DNA of 34,649 nt. Origin: Catajapyx aquilonaris (Eukaryota). The notes beneath the pieces were generated by a model that worked only from the letters and a program-made list of their open reading frames with translations, searched no databases and was not told the origin of the DNA. Positions within the stretch are counted from its first letter, which is position 1. Each line of letters opens with the position of its first letter. Below, piece by piece: positions 1-12,596 of the stretch. The stretch lies in NCBI GenBank assembly GCA_000934665.2, contig JYFJ02004111.1:1-34649 (forward strand), read 5' to 3'. The position numbers were made by a program, and so were the translations under genes.

Positions 1-1714
1 AAATCGGATTTTCAAGTCACCTAAAACCGTATTGCTGCTAAAATCTTCTCTCCAAAATAGTGGGAGGATTATACCCACGTAATTCCTTTCTGCTTCCATC
101 CCTTCCAACAGAGGGTTAGTCGTTCTCAGGCGAAAATTGCACCCGACAAGATTTTAATTACCCACCACCACAAAGAACAGCTTGAATCAGGCCCAGGTTT
201 ATCCGTCAGAAATTGCGTTCGTCGGCAGTTAAGGCTTTGTTATTCCAGCTTTTTTAAACCTATTTATGCCCGGACATTAGGGCCAAAGCAAATATTCGCA
301 CAAGCTGGTGCTTATTACAGAATAAACTCTTTTCAGAGGGTGAAGATTACATCTTATAGTTCGTGCAATTCGATTGGGCCAAAATGGTTCCAGTTTAAAG
401 AATATTTCATTATGACAGAACTTGACAAGAATACAAATGGGTACCTTGGCACGGAAAGTTCATAGCTAACAATCGATTCGAAACTGGTGTTATAACATTT
501 TTGATGGCCATGACAGGGTCTGCATTAGTAAATTAATGTAATATGCAGCCAAATGTGAAATGTGTTTAAAATTTTATAAATAAAAATAACTTACTGCGAA
601 ACAGCAAGTTTATCATCAAAAAAGTAATTTTCGAACAAAAATTACATCATTGTTGCTAATGCAAAAAAGCGAATCGCAATTACTATATAATATTTTCCAA
701 CATTCTATCACCCATCATAGACACTATTATTAGTACCAAAGGATTTTCACATAATAGCACGTTCTGTCCTTTTCAAACTGAAGTACTCTTCTGTATTAAT
801 CTGATGTTTGTAGTGGCCTTATTTTGTTGGATATCCAGTGTCGGTATATGAATACTAAGGCCTCTTACGCAGGGCTGGGTAAGTCCATATCGAGTACAAG
901 TGACATAATAAAAATGAAGTGGTATCTACAAAACGCTTCATGTGAATTTACAAACTTCAAGCCGAGTTCAAGTACGGTTTACGCAACGTCAGCTTCTCCT
1001 AAAGCTTATCCTCTATCTAAACTAAATGCCACTTCCAGAAAATCCGTTTGTTCAATTACCATTTTGTTTCACCCCTTCAACCGCATTTACTACTTAAATA
1101 TGATTTCACTTTGCCCGTTAATCATTTTCAAAATTTGCATTTTTAACTTAACTACATAGCCATTGAAAACAGCAGTGTTCGCCCCCATTCCCACATGTTA
1201 ATCAGAATTAATGAACACTACTTAGTCACAAGTCTACTTAATATCCATAAAATGCGTACTATAACCCAGCCGTACTTGAGCAATATTCATGAAATGACTA
1301 TTCCACACAAAAAAACTATGAAAAATGAACCCATAGTTTGTTTTAGTCTCTCTCTTTTGCTGTTGCCCACACACCCCGATTTTCCACCTGCACCTAATTG
1401 CCCATACTGAAATCGAGCAGACGAGCGATTCTCAAACCTCACATCGGACTTAATAAAATTACCTGCCGCTGGGAGCTGGGCTCTGAATTGCACATAAATA
1501 ATAATTCTCTTCCTGCTTGATCATGTTATCAGCAGCACTCGCTACTAATGCGGTTTGTTGCACGTATCCATCCTGCTCAACTTTTCATCGCCAATAATAA
1601 ATCTCACGCCATATTTGCAAGATTTTCGCAGGTGCTTAGAGCTCCGAACGTTATGAGTGTGGGTGTTATTTAATTTATCCTCTCATCAGGCTGAAATAGT
1701 GCTGAAATCCCTTC

Positions 1715-1884
1715 CTTATAAGGTAAAATTTCTTATAAGGTAAAAATTTGTATAAGGTAAAAAATCGTATAAGGTAAAAATTCGTATAATGTAAACATTC
1801 GTATAAGGTAAAATTTCGTATAAGGTAAAATTTCGTATAACGTAACATTTCTTATAAGGTAAAAATTCTTATAAGGTAAAATTT
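1715..1884. repeat. 17-bp minisatellite, 10 copies (consensus about CKTATAAGGTAAAAWTT)
   Basis: TATAA cores at 1717, 1734, 1751, 1768, 1785, 1802, 1819, 1836, 1853 and 1870 give an exact 17-bp period; lies in a SerT intron. Confidence 0.95.
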
Positions 1885-2532
1885 TTTGCAAGTCACTACA
1901 CAAAACTGTGATTCACTACACAACAAAAAAAATTTAAACCTGGTTTTGGGGGCTACATACACATACTTTCGCCTTGCCCTAAAGTTATTTGGTTGGAAAA
2001 AAAAATCGGGCCATCTAATTAGAAAAAAATTCTAACTACCACCCCTGGAGGTTCGTATGCAAAAAAGTCTCTGGTGAATGTCCATCAGGGATTGGTTCCA
2101 ATTAACCTACGCTCTGAATGTCAGCATGTAGATGTTGCCCTCTTACCCCCGGAATAAAACTTGTGTTTATCTCGTGGGGACTCTGCAGTGGAATCCGGAG
2201 GCAGCATGGCTATTAGAGATCTAATTGAGCGCACCCGATACGCCGGATTCAGCCTGAGAGCAAACGGGACCGTTAGATCCGTACAATTAAACACAACGTC
2301 GTTTGTCAACCCGCTTTGCAACATTTTGGCGGTACGTTTTGTTATAAATACTTCGTACCATGTATGTAAAACTTTTTGGGGATTGCAGGTGTGTACAGTG
2401 TGACATATGTTTCATGAAAGTTACGGTGGAAAGGAAACTATAGCCGGCAGATGTCGCCAAAACTACACGCCATCTGTTGGTCAGTTTGAACCAGCAACTT
2501 ATATGTAAATAAAAATTAATAACAATACTGAC

Positions 2533-2886
2533 CTCCACCGTTCTGGTAGCAAATATATGGAAACCTCCAGACATTCCCGAGGTCAACAGCGAATCCAATG
2601 ACAGCTAGGAGAAACTCCACTTTCTTCCCCCATGTTTCTCTGACGTCGGGAGAAGTCTCGGTTTGGACAGGCCCGGTGACCATTGTTGTCATAGTGGTCA
2701 TGGTCCCGGTGGTCTCCCTCTCTTCCTCCTCGTCATCCTCATCATCCTCCTCCTCCTTCTTCTTCTGTCCATTGCTGTTGGTTTCCTTCTTGCCCTCGGT
2801 TCCCTCCTGTTGGGCCATCGACAACGTCATTCCTCTGGCCGTCGAGGACGCCGCCAGCGCCGTCAGCAACTCGGCCACTTTTCCAC
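2533..2886 (-). CDS. SerT: Sodium-dependent serotonin transporter (SLC6), N-terminal/TM1 exon; gene continues off the left edge
   Basis: Encodes [42 protein letters not shown] and YICYQNGG are SERT-type (DAT/NET have DLANVW and YLCYKNGG). Acceptor cttgtag| at 2888-2887; donor G|gtcagt at 2532-2531. In-exon ATGs at 2830 and 2818. The next exon (GAFLxPY) was not found in 1-2530. Confidence 0.92.
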
Positions 2887-4641
2887 CTACAAGAATCACA
2901 TTGACATCCACGGTTTAATCAATTAAAAAGCGCCGCTTAGAAATCGGTGGTAAACCGGTCGTTAACCAAACACTCTCCGGTAATTAATTTACTAATCACT
3001 TCACTTTTTTTGTGGGCTAACTAATTAACGAGACACCCTCACTTTCTAGGGATAACATGTAAAAATCCGGGTCTTATCTAAGGGGTAAATTAAGAAGACA
3101 TACGGGACATGTCAATGCTACAGTTTCGATTCCGGAACTGAGACGGGATTGGTTAAGAGTTGGGTTAAGAAGATGCTTATGTATACGTAAGGCTGTGGAG
3201 GGTTGTAAATTCTTAAATCCCACACAGAGAGGTTCTTAGAGGAACCGACCGTAAAAGATCAGGCTCGTAAAAGTCGTGGAACCACGAAGGACTGCTGATC
3301 AACAATGCGACTTTTGAGTCCGATTTAGTTTTTACGACTGGTAAAATAAACAGGACAAAATTCCACCAAAAAATCAGGGCGGAAACTTTACACTTTATGA
3401 CTTAACTCGGGGACAAGATTGTGATGGGTAAGGTGATTGAAATCGATTAGAGAAACATCGATCAGTTGAGGGGTTCTGATGCAGAAATAATTTTATGGAG
3501 TTTCTCTTGGCATTTTGTGGGTTTTCGATCTGCTCAGAAATTTTGTACCATGTTGCTTTGTAAGGCCTGAAATAATTTTTTCACAGAAAAAAAGGTGATT
3601 CCCCCGTAGGTATAAAATTATCCCACCTACCGCGAATGAAGAATCTTTAGGGAATTCGGGGTTGCGCCAAAAATAGTCGTTGATTGCATTCTCGTAGTCT
3701 ATTTTAAAATGTGCAAATCTGATTTCCCCATTTTCAGTGAACACAGGTATTTAGGGGGCTCGCAATTTCAGCGATTTTCGCAGATGGACTAATATTCAAA
3801 AATTCGCAACATTTGCTAGGCTCAGCTGTTGCGAGGGATTTATTTTATGCAAAAAAAATGTTAATTAAAATATAAATATTGCAAATTCATGACCATTCAC
3901 GAATCTACCATTTCAAGCGTACCAAGCCCTGTTCCGTTCTATGCAAATCCTTATTCTCAAGTTATTATGGCAAGCTCACGTTAAGTGAATCAGACCTTTC
4001 CTACTCAAACTGTTACAAATCCTCCTCAGAATATCCCAGATTTCTGAGGCCAAGAGTTGGGCTAGCAAACATGGATAAAACCAGTCTCTCTATCCCTTCA
4101 GAAAGGAAGAAGAAAAAAAATTCAAGACTTTCTCCGTCTTGAAATCGCATCTTTCTCTCACTGCTTCCAGCTCCTGGTGTTTTCTGCATGACTGACCCAC
4201 GATTAGAATTTTGTGTCAGAAAATGTCCTGGAGACAAGATCTAGATAGTCACAGTCACCCACCTTTTAGGACCCTGTAGTTATACCGCATCTTCAAAAAC
4301 ACTGTAATTAAGCAGTTCACACTCTTGGAGAGTCGAGTAATTCTATGAACTTGTGCTGATTTACCTCCCCGTTTATATACTGTCAGGCCCATTAATTCAC
4401 AGCAGCCTCCCCCAATTTCATCCGCTCCAGCCCCTTCTTCTCAATCTAAATACTCTTCGTAGAACTATCCCACTTCCTAGATCCGAAACTTTGAAAACGG
4501 TGCAATGTACCTCAGAAGTCTGCACAGAATTAAGAAGGTATGCACTATCTACGAGGTCATCTCAAGAAACTATAGACAATAAATTCAAACCAACTGATGG
4601 ATATGTTTTAACTACTTTGTTCACGAATAAATTGTGGATTT

Positions 4642-4830
4642 TACTTACTCGGTGAATACATTTATTTACTTGGTGAGTAAAATTATTTATTCGACGAATA
4701 CACGTAGCCGATTTATTCGGCGAATACACGTAGCCGATTTATTCGGCGAATACACGTAGCGGCCGATTTATTCGGCGAATACACGTATTTACTCGGTGAA
4801 TAAATTTATTTACTAGGCGAATAAAATGAT
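4642..4830. repeat. Degenerate minisatellite of 21-29-bp units with palindromic core TATTCGGCGAATA
   Basis: Near-identical ATTTATTCGGCGAATACACGTAGCCG copies in the centre, degenerate TTTACTCGGTGAATA copies on both flanks. Confidence 0.9.
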
Positions 4831-6562
4831 TTGTTCAAGTTTACCTCATCTGCTGTATAGGATTTATTATAGGATAATTCAAAGAGAAACTACAATACCT
4901 TGGCTGGTTAGTTCATAGCCTGACAGTGTAACTACCGTATTGTCGACTACCTGTTAATCACTTACATCACCATACTTTTTTGCTTCTCTTAACTTATGCA
5001 GCGTCACCTCACGAATGCACCTTTCTCTTGCTCAACACAAACAAGGCTTCTTTGTATCCTTTCACCCTTTCTATATACATGCCATCCCGAAATCAGCACT
5101 TGAATTGACAAACGCTGAATCTGAATCCCTCAAAGATCAGACACCCTTATTAAATCCAGAAAAAAACTTGTCTTTCCCCTAAGGCGGTTCTATCGCGCGT
5201 TCAAACAAGCGTAAAACCCGCTTCCAAATAATCTAGTTTGATTCGTGTCCTTGACTAGGAAAACCACAGAGTCGTCTTTTAATACCTGCTTTGCCGCAGC
5301 ATGTGGGGAATAAGCCGTTAACCACGACGCAAATGTCTTGACAAGAGTCGTAGCCTGGAATATGGACGTGCTTGGCGGGTTAATTTCGGGTAGAGCAATA
5401 GACCATTCGACGACAATCGCTTCTGGCCAGCAGAGACACGGTTTCAACAATGTGTGCACTAGCTGGCCTGCTGAAATCCTATCTCGATTAACCGTAAAGG
5501 TCCCCGGCCGCTATCTTTGGCGCGGAAATGGTCTAGCAACATCCACGGTCCCGACTATCTGATGGACCCCTATGGCAACTTGGCCGACTTAGTCTCACTA
5601 ACTGGACTCCCATTTTGTTACAGATATCGGACGCTATCGATCAGGTCAAACTCCTTAATAGGCTTCTAGCAGTTTCCGACAGGAAATTGTTGCATATCCA
5701 CTACTTGTCACGTGGCCAGTAGTGGTCCTTAAAATAGGGCGATTACGATAATTTTATTTAATTTGGGTGCAATTATGCATTTTAAATGCCTAAAACCCAC
5801 AAAGTTAACACCCTAACACCGTGTTTGAAACAATTCTGCAAGTTTCCGACACGTTACTATGATTGTAATATAGCAAAATGAATCAATCGTCTCATTTCAT
5901 ATTCTATCAGATCGCTCGCGTGTCTGCAAACAGGTGAATGCGAACGGGCAATCTTGGACCATTGGTTGAAAATCCTATTGTCAACATCAATCTCAACGTC
6001 GTGATTTCTTTTGTGTGTTTTTTTGGCGCTATAACAAGTCTTTTCCAAAGTTCTAAAACTATCTTACGGAATCTTGTACCGCTGAGGTCTCATTTTTTTT
6101 TTTACAACAAACTATGCCGCTTGCTGTGTAACAAGGGTTAAAGCTTGTGTCAGCCCACTTATTGAAGCAATCCACAAAGCAGTATGGAAATTTGGTATCA
6201 AGCAAGGGTACGACCGTTTCCATAATATATCACGAGTCAATACCCCTCTACACGACAAAAACATCTCGTCGCATGTTAAGGATTAAAAAAAGAGAACATC
6301 CAACGCTACAGTGTGGCTATTGAACGATAGCAATTTGCAAAATTGCATCAATATTCTCCCTTCGACCAATACAAAAAAAATATTTACAAACAGTACCAGA
6401 ACTACGTATCGGTACCTCAAGTTTGAAAATTCACGTCGTGAAGAACCCAATGATCCATGATATCGAGTTTCTAAATCGGGCGCATGAAAATTGCACTAAT
6501 TTGAGTCAGGTCGATTATCCACCGAGTGGATTATTAATTACCTGTAATTTTTAGCTCCTTAC

Positions 6563-6817
6563 CTGTTGACGACCTATATGGGCAGATGCGGAAGAGCGCA
6601 AGAGATGGGTGGACAGCAGCAGCAGGTGGGCCTCGGTCCAGACCCCCATGAAGAAGAAGACGGTAGAGGAGGAGGGGGTGGGCGAGGCAGGGGGAGGAGG
6701 CTGCTGTGTCGGGGGAGGGGTAGGAAGGAGGGCCTCATGGCCACAAGGGCAGCCCCACCTCCGCCTCTTGTGCTCTTCTCCACCGAATCCAACTACCCCA
6801 CTCAGACTAGTCTCCAT
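6563..6817 (-). other. Probable upstream exon of the SerT transcript carrying an 85-codon ORF (METSLSG...IGRQQ)
   Basis: GC-rich exon-like segment ending in a consensus donor CAG|GTAAGG (6562-6561); ATG at 6817 in a strong context (gagATGG). The ORF ends in phase 0, but the SerT exon at 2886 needs phase 1. Confidence 0.55.
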
Positions 6818-7010
6818 CTCGCACGTGACACATCTCTGCCTCATAGAAACAACGGTGCAGAGCATGCCCAACACGCACGCGCCCTCTATGCCCATCCCCT
6901 GCCCCACCATACCTACACGTGCACACCTGAATGTGTTGGCCAAATTGGGCACCACAAATCAGATTGACCCACACCTTCCAAGGTGGACGGTTGGGCAAGT
7001 CCAGGCAGGT

Positions 7011-7145
7011 CCAACGGTTTCCAACGGTCCCAACGGTCCGCAACTGTCTCCAACGGTTTCCAACGGTCAGCAACGGTTTCCAACGGTCCCCAACGGTCCG
7101 CAACGGTCTCCAACGGTCCGCAACGGCTTTCCAACGGTCCAACGT
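7011..7145. repeat. 10-bp tandem repeat of CAACGGT cores, about 13-14 copies
   Basis: CAAC(G/T)G at 7012, 7022, 7031, 7041, 7051, 7061, 7071, 7081, 7091, 7101, 7111, 7121 and 7132. Confidence 0.95.
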
Positions 7146-10100
7146 CGCACTAAGCTGAACACCTTGTCCCGCCAGAACTAATTCGTCGTCCGGATTGATC
7201 AAAATCTCCGATTTCCACAGAAAACCCTTTTCGGACAGGTAGCTCCGACGGTGCAAACAAGAAACCCATTAAAAGAGGGGACTTCGCCAAAGTTTTAGGG
7301 TGTTTGAAGTGGCGTTTGTAAGAGGTCGTCTCTTAATTGCAGAGTATACACTTATAGCCGGAGGGGGTGATGATATCAAAAGAAAAAGAGATGGTGAAGA
7401 AGAAGTGGAAAAAAGAAATGGATGGATGGCAGATGGATTTCGCGGTAGTGGCACACATTGGATTCAATTACTGGTTGGGACCCCTACATATGCAGTTAAG
7501 GAGTTTGTGCAGTCGGTCCAATGGGATTCGTTTGCGGATTAAACAATAGCCGACCGCTGCCTCTGAATGAATCGATTCCCAGATCGCTTCAATAATGGGA
7601 CCCCCAGCTGCTCCACTTATCTCTCACCAACACACTGCACGCATGTGGACAACAAACCAATCTATGCACATGATATTTGCATTCGTAACTTTGTACGTCG
7701 TTGCTAAAAATGAGTGGGATCATAGTTGGAAGGGAAGGTTGCCCCGGGGCGAGGGCGGGGTGTGTGTGTATATGCCGATGGGGAAGTGATGACAGGTGAT
7801 GATAAGATCAGTGAAAGGATTTCAAGGCTTCATTTGGCTAAGACACGTATTCTGCGGAGGTTGATGTGATAGACATAACAATGATGGGTTTGCGCTAACA
7901 GGGTACGATGTCCTAAGCATATCCGGATCTTGCAGTGTAAAAATGTGGGCTCTTTTCTAATCTAATGCTATATTTACACAGAGATATTTAAACACAGCAG
8001 AGCAAGACCCGTCCTGCTTAATTCAAATATTGAAGTTCATATATGACTATACCTTACAGTCCAGCGAAATGCTAAGACCTTAAATTGACATTTTGGCTTC
8101 AAAGCATATGTTGAAGTTAAATATTCTAAAATATCATTAGAATTCATATTATTCCATGGAAAAAAATCGCCATAAAATTTCCCCAAATCGGAATGCTCTT
8201 GGCACAAAGTTAACAGCCAATTGCTTCAAGTGGGCTAATACTATGATAAAAATTCCTGCTCTACCAAGTACCTTCATTCGTATTTTGGAAAGATAAGTGC
8301 AACCTACTTAGAGTATGCAATCCAGGCGCTTCCTTCGTGTCTTCGGGTAATATAATTTACAACTGAAAGTTGAACACACAGGGAATATCGAAGCGCTCTT
8401 GTTCAATAACGGCAAAGCTAAGGGCTATATTTTTGGTGAACTTCCACGGTCTGATACGTAACCCAGACTCTAGGGGTAAAGTCTAATCAGGTACAATACA
8501 AATTTTTTTCATCATAACATATGAAACTAAATATATTCCTCTCATGTTTAATATTATGGGGAGTTATCCAACATACACAAAACATCAATTTTCTTTTAGA
8601 TATAAACACTCGTTAAATGTCAAACCAAAAACCTCGAAATACACTTTACGAGACCACTCAAATTAACCACCTTCAAACAATCGAAAAACGATTCCAGACT
8701 TCGGAGAAACAATGTCGATCGCTTTCAAAAAGGACCCTGTTTGCCGCCCTTGATTTACGCTTCCGGATTGGTAGGAAACCTTTCCCTCCATTCCATTCCT
8801 CAACCAGCTTAGTGGCACTCAACACCCAAGTCACTCTACAAATAATTAAATCGGGCGTGGAAGGGAATTGACGTCAGAGAGCATTAGCCTACGGGGGTTC
8901 CCCTGACTTGCCATTTGGATATCATTAGACCATCTCCTATATGGTACACATTCAGTTCAAGAAGGTCGTACTGTACCAACCCCATCCAAATACCAATTTT
9001 GACAGCCTCATCCAAAAAATAGTGTGCCTAATCTAAAGGCAGGTCAGGACCCAACATTCTGTAATTGCAAAAAGGATGGTAATAAAACAAAGGAAACGCG
9101 GCTGTCAATGAAATGTGAGACTAGAATATATTCTTAAAGCAGTCTTTTCCTTCCAACCGTCCAAGCCTCTTTCCCAAGAGAAATTATGTTAGTGGTCTCA
9201 GTTTCCACAACGAATAACCTCATGTTTGTGGTAACTAACGATCCTACCCATAAAGCTGAACCACCCAATAAATTATAATTACCCCCGGGTATTACCCGCA
9301 TTTTAAATCACAGCCCCACAAAAAAAATATCAATTTCCTAATCGCAATATCGTAAAAAAAATCGATATTCTGATATCATTATCCTAACAGTTCGCCAACC
9401 ATGATCCTCACATGCTCGCAGGGTAGTCTAGCTCCCAGGATGACATTTTCATGTACTGTACATGTACTCTTTCCAAGCTAGTTCTTAAGTATGCAAATGG
9501 ATAATGGGTGAAATAATTCAAAAAGACGGTTTCACAGTGACGAGGGTCAGATCGATCCTAACGGAACTCCATTTTCTGAACTTTCCACCCCCCGAGCAAA
9601 GTATTGGAGTGGAAAGTGGACATATTGGAAGAAAGTAAAAGCGCTGACTGCCGACACATCCCCCCCTAAAAATTGTGACTTATAAAGGGATCTCTAACAA
9701 GCGGACTCAAAACTTGAGTACGTGACGGTTATCCGGGGATCCATTTGACCATAAACCGCCATGTCCTGAAGCAATCTGAATCACACTTTTCCCCCGTTCT
9801 GGCCGAATCCAATCACGCTGAATTGATTTTTGGAGTGAGTGCATATTAATGAGACTCATTGCTTCAAGTGAATGCCTACTTTTTGATGGAGCATAATGTG
9901 GGTTAATGATGGGTATGCCTATAAATGGCCGAATTGTGGGGGGAAAAAAGTGCTGACTTGTCACCCAGTAGCCTACGGCTTACAAGAACTGACATGGTCG
10001 AAACATGTCCACCCAAAACGTGCCATTAACCAATCGAACGCCCGAATAATGCATGAGCACCGAGTAATTAAGTGTGTGTGAGTCAGGCTGATAATGCCAA

Positions 10101-10826
10101 TTTTCGTTTTAGCTTACGAAGCAAACAATGATCGAGCGTCAAACGTTACAATACTGGTTCAAATATCTGGATAGAAAAAAAAAAATGCCACCCTTCAATA
10201 TCACTTTTAATGTTGTTTTCCAATGTGGTAGTAAATCCCAGTAAAAACAAGGATCATAAAATGCAGGGCAGCAAGTGCGGTCAAGAAGTGGTCATTCGGT
10301 CTGGTACGAGCAGTCCATTTGGTTCCGAGTCGAATCAAATTGGAAATGAGCGGCCCACGATGCCCTTCAATCATACGCTAGACTCTTGCTTTATAGACGG
10401 AAGTAGTATTTCATGGCAGAAAGAGCCTTTCCCTGCAAACGTAAAATCGATCTTTTAGAGGTACAGTACGTACGACGTGGAAGGCAGGTGCATGGGAGAA
10501 AAAGGTGGGATGAAGAAAAAAAAATTGGGGACCGGATCTCAATATGGAGTGGCCAAAGTCATCAGAGCGGACCTAGAGTGAACTATTCATTGAATTGAAT
10601 AAATTGGCAGACTTGGAGAATGCACAGCTGGACTGAGATTAATCCAGTGATGGCAGTGTTTTTTGGTTATTTTTGATCCGCACTCTTCCCGCGTGTAACG
10701 AGCCATAACACCGGGTCCCCTCCCTAGCCGGAAGGGCATTTAGAAGTTAAATGTGAGGCAAGTGGGATTTGAAATATGGATATCATGCTAATCAAATTGT
10801 TGCGTCAAAAAAAAAAATGCACTTAC

Positions 10827-11151
10827 CTTCAAACTCACTTTCAGTGAGTCAGGCTAAAAGTGCCGAGCTGAATCCGATCTGATAGTAATTTGACGTTAGG
10901 TGCAGCTGAAAAACATCATTTGGTGTGTATCGGCGTTCGTTACATGGGGCAGGCAACCCTGGAAAAAAAGTTGGTGTCTCTGGAGGCCTGGCAGCAGCCT
11001 TCATCGACGTAGATAACACCTAACAAGCTGCCTAAACACCTAATCTGTCTCCTGGATAGCGACGCTGCCTTTTTCATCTTGTGCCTTCCGCATTTCAAAT
11101 TGCTCGCTACCTCTCCACACATCATTCACCTTCTATATGTGTCTCGTTGAC
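10827..11151 (-). other. Candidate non-coding or uORF-bearing exon between SYNRG and SerT
   Basis: Acceptor tatttgcag| at 11153-11152 and consensus donor AAG|GTAAGT at 10826-10825; the enclosed 61-aa ORF has no recognisable homology. Confidence 0.35.
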
Positions 11152-12596
11152 CTGCAAATAACCTTTGCTTAACTAGCTATTTGCTTGCAACCAAATGGAA
11201 GAAGTAAAAAGTATACACCATTTTACTCTGCAACAATTATTCATTGTAAGCACATATACAATAGGGGGAAAAAATATCTCTGAATCCAACAACAATAAAT
11301 ATTGTGTCAATTACATTAATATGTCGGTGCACAACTGTAAAACAAAATTGCTTTAAAGTAGCTGCCAAAGTATAATACATGAAATGCTCCAGCTAACATG
11401 GATTCTTAACCCATGCTGGAGACTTAGGGAGCTTCGAGCATATTTTAATACATATAATCCTGGGAAATTAACTACTGAACATGGAATGCATGATTCGTAA
11501 ACATCAATGCTCGTTAGGAACTAGCCATGTCTGTGTTCAAACTTGGGGACATTAAGATCATTCCTATCTTTTAAGCTTCAAGAGAAATGGCGCGTTAGCA
11601 TGTCAATACTTCGTAAAATTCATAAAAATTCTACAGATAGCATATCTAAAGCCTATCTTTATCCACAATTTGGATGAATAAATAACTTACTCACCTATAT
11701 GCTATAATTTAATTTGAGCACTCTACCTGTCCCCAAATTGGAACATTCTTGCGAGTACATTATTTCTTTCTTTTTGTCATGACACTGGTAAAACCAGAGT
11801 GATCTTGTCATTACCCTAGAACACTCATTTATTTGTCATCAATTCAAAGGAAAATTTAGCCATTTACATCAGTCGCATACCTTGAGATCCCGCATTCATA
11901 TGTGCAGAAACCTTAGCATTGTGTCAATTGGCACTCAACTCACTATATCGACGGAATTATAGTAGATCACTTTGGTTCTGGTTTCACATTATGCAATAAA
12001 AAGCACGCTGAATTAAAGGTCTCATACTTTCAACATATGTGGTTTAAACGGCGTTGACACATTCACAAGATTGAAAACATGAAGTGGGCAAGATTCAAGA
12101 TATCAGACAGCTTAAAATTTATATCATGGTTTTTGTCTTTCAAGGAATAGACATAAAATACGCATGCAATGGAATAATTATGGAAGAAAAAAATATCACT
12201 GGTAATGAACAATTTTGGTTTCACTTTCATTGTACTATAGCTCCTAAACTTCTGTCATTCAATAATGTTAGTTTCTTGCCTTTTTGAGTACCAGTAATAG
12301 AAATGCACAATATGTAAATGTGAATAAAGAATTCTGGATCAACAAAGAGGTCAAAAAAGTGATTCACGTGGTCTTAAAGAGTTAATATCCAGTCTGCCCT
12401 CAAAGCACCCAATGTTCTACCTACTGCGATAATGTAGTGGAGAAAGCCCTCCACTAAACGCGTAACAATGACTCAACAAGTGCAGCAGAAAAATAAATTT
12501 CTCCTCATACATGACCTCTCCTCCAACAATGATAGATCCTTGCTTATCTCGGAATTTGTCGTACCTTTATATTGTGTAATCCTCCCCGATTTTCTT

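Noticed and set aside
4642..4830. CRISPR-like palindromic repeats
   Set aside because: Units are head-to-tail with no unique spacers, there are no cas genes and the context is a eukaryotic intron.
3900..5640. Possible decayed LTR-retrotransposon internal region (TAACA-AAATGG junction near 5610-5622; VLRRVF resembling a protease motif)
   Set aside because: No second LTR and no convincing gag/pol motifs; too weak to call without a search.
6566..7256. Overlapping ORFs on both strands, including the 190-aa ORF 6609-7181
   Set aside because: Explained by GC-rich, stop-poor sequence and the 10-bp repeat; no domain recognised.
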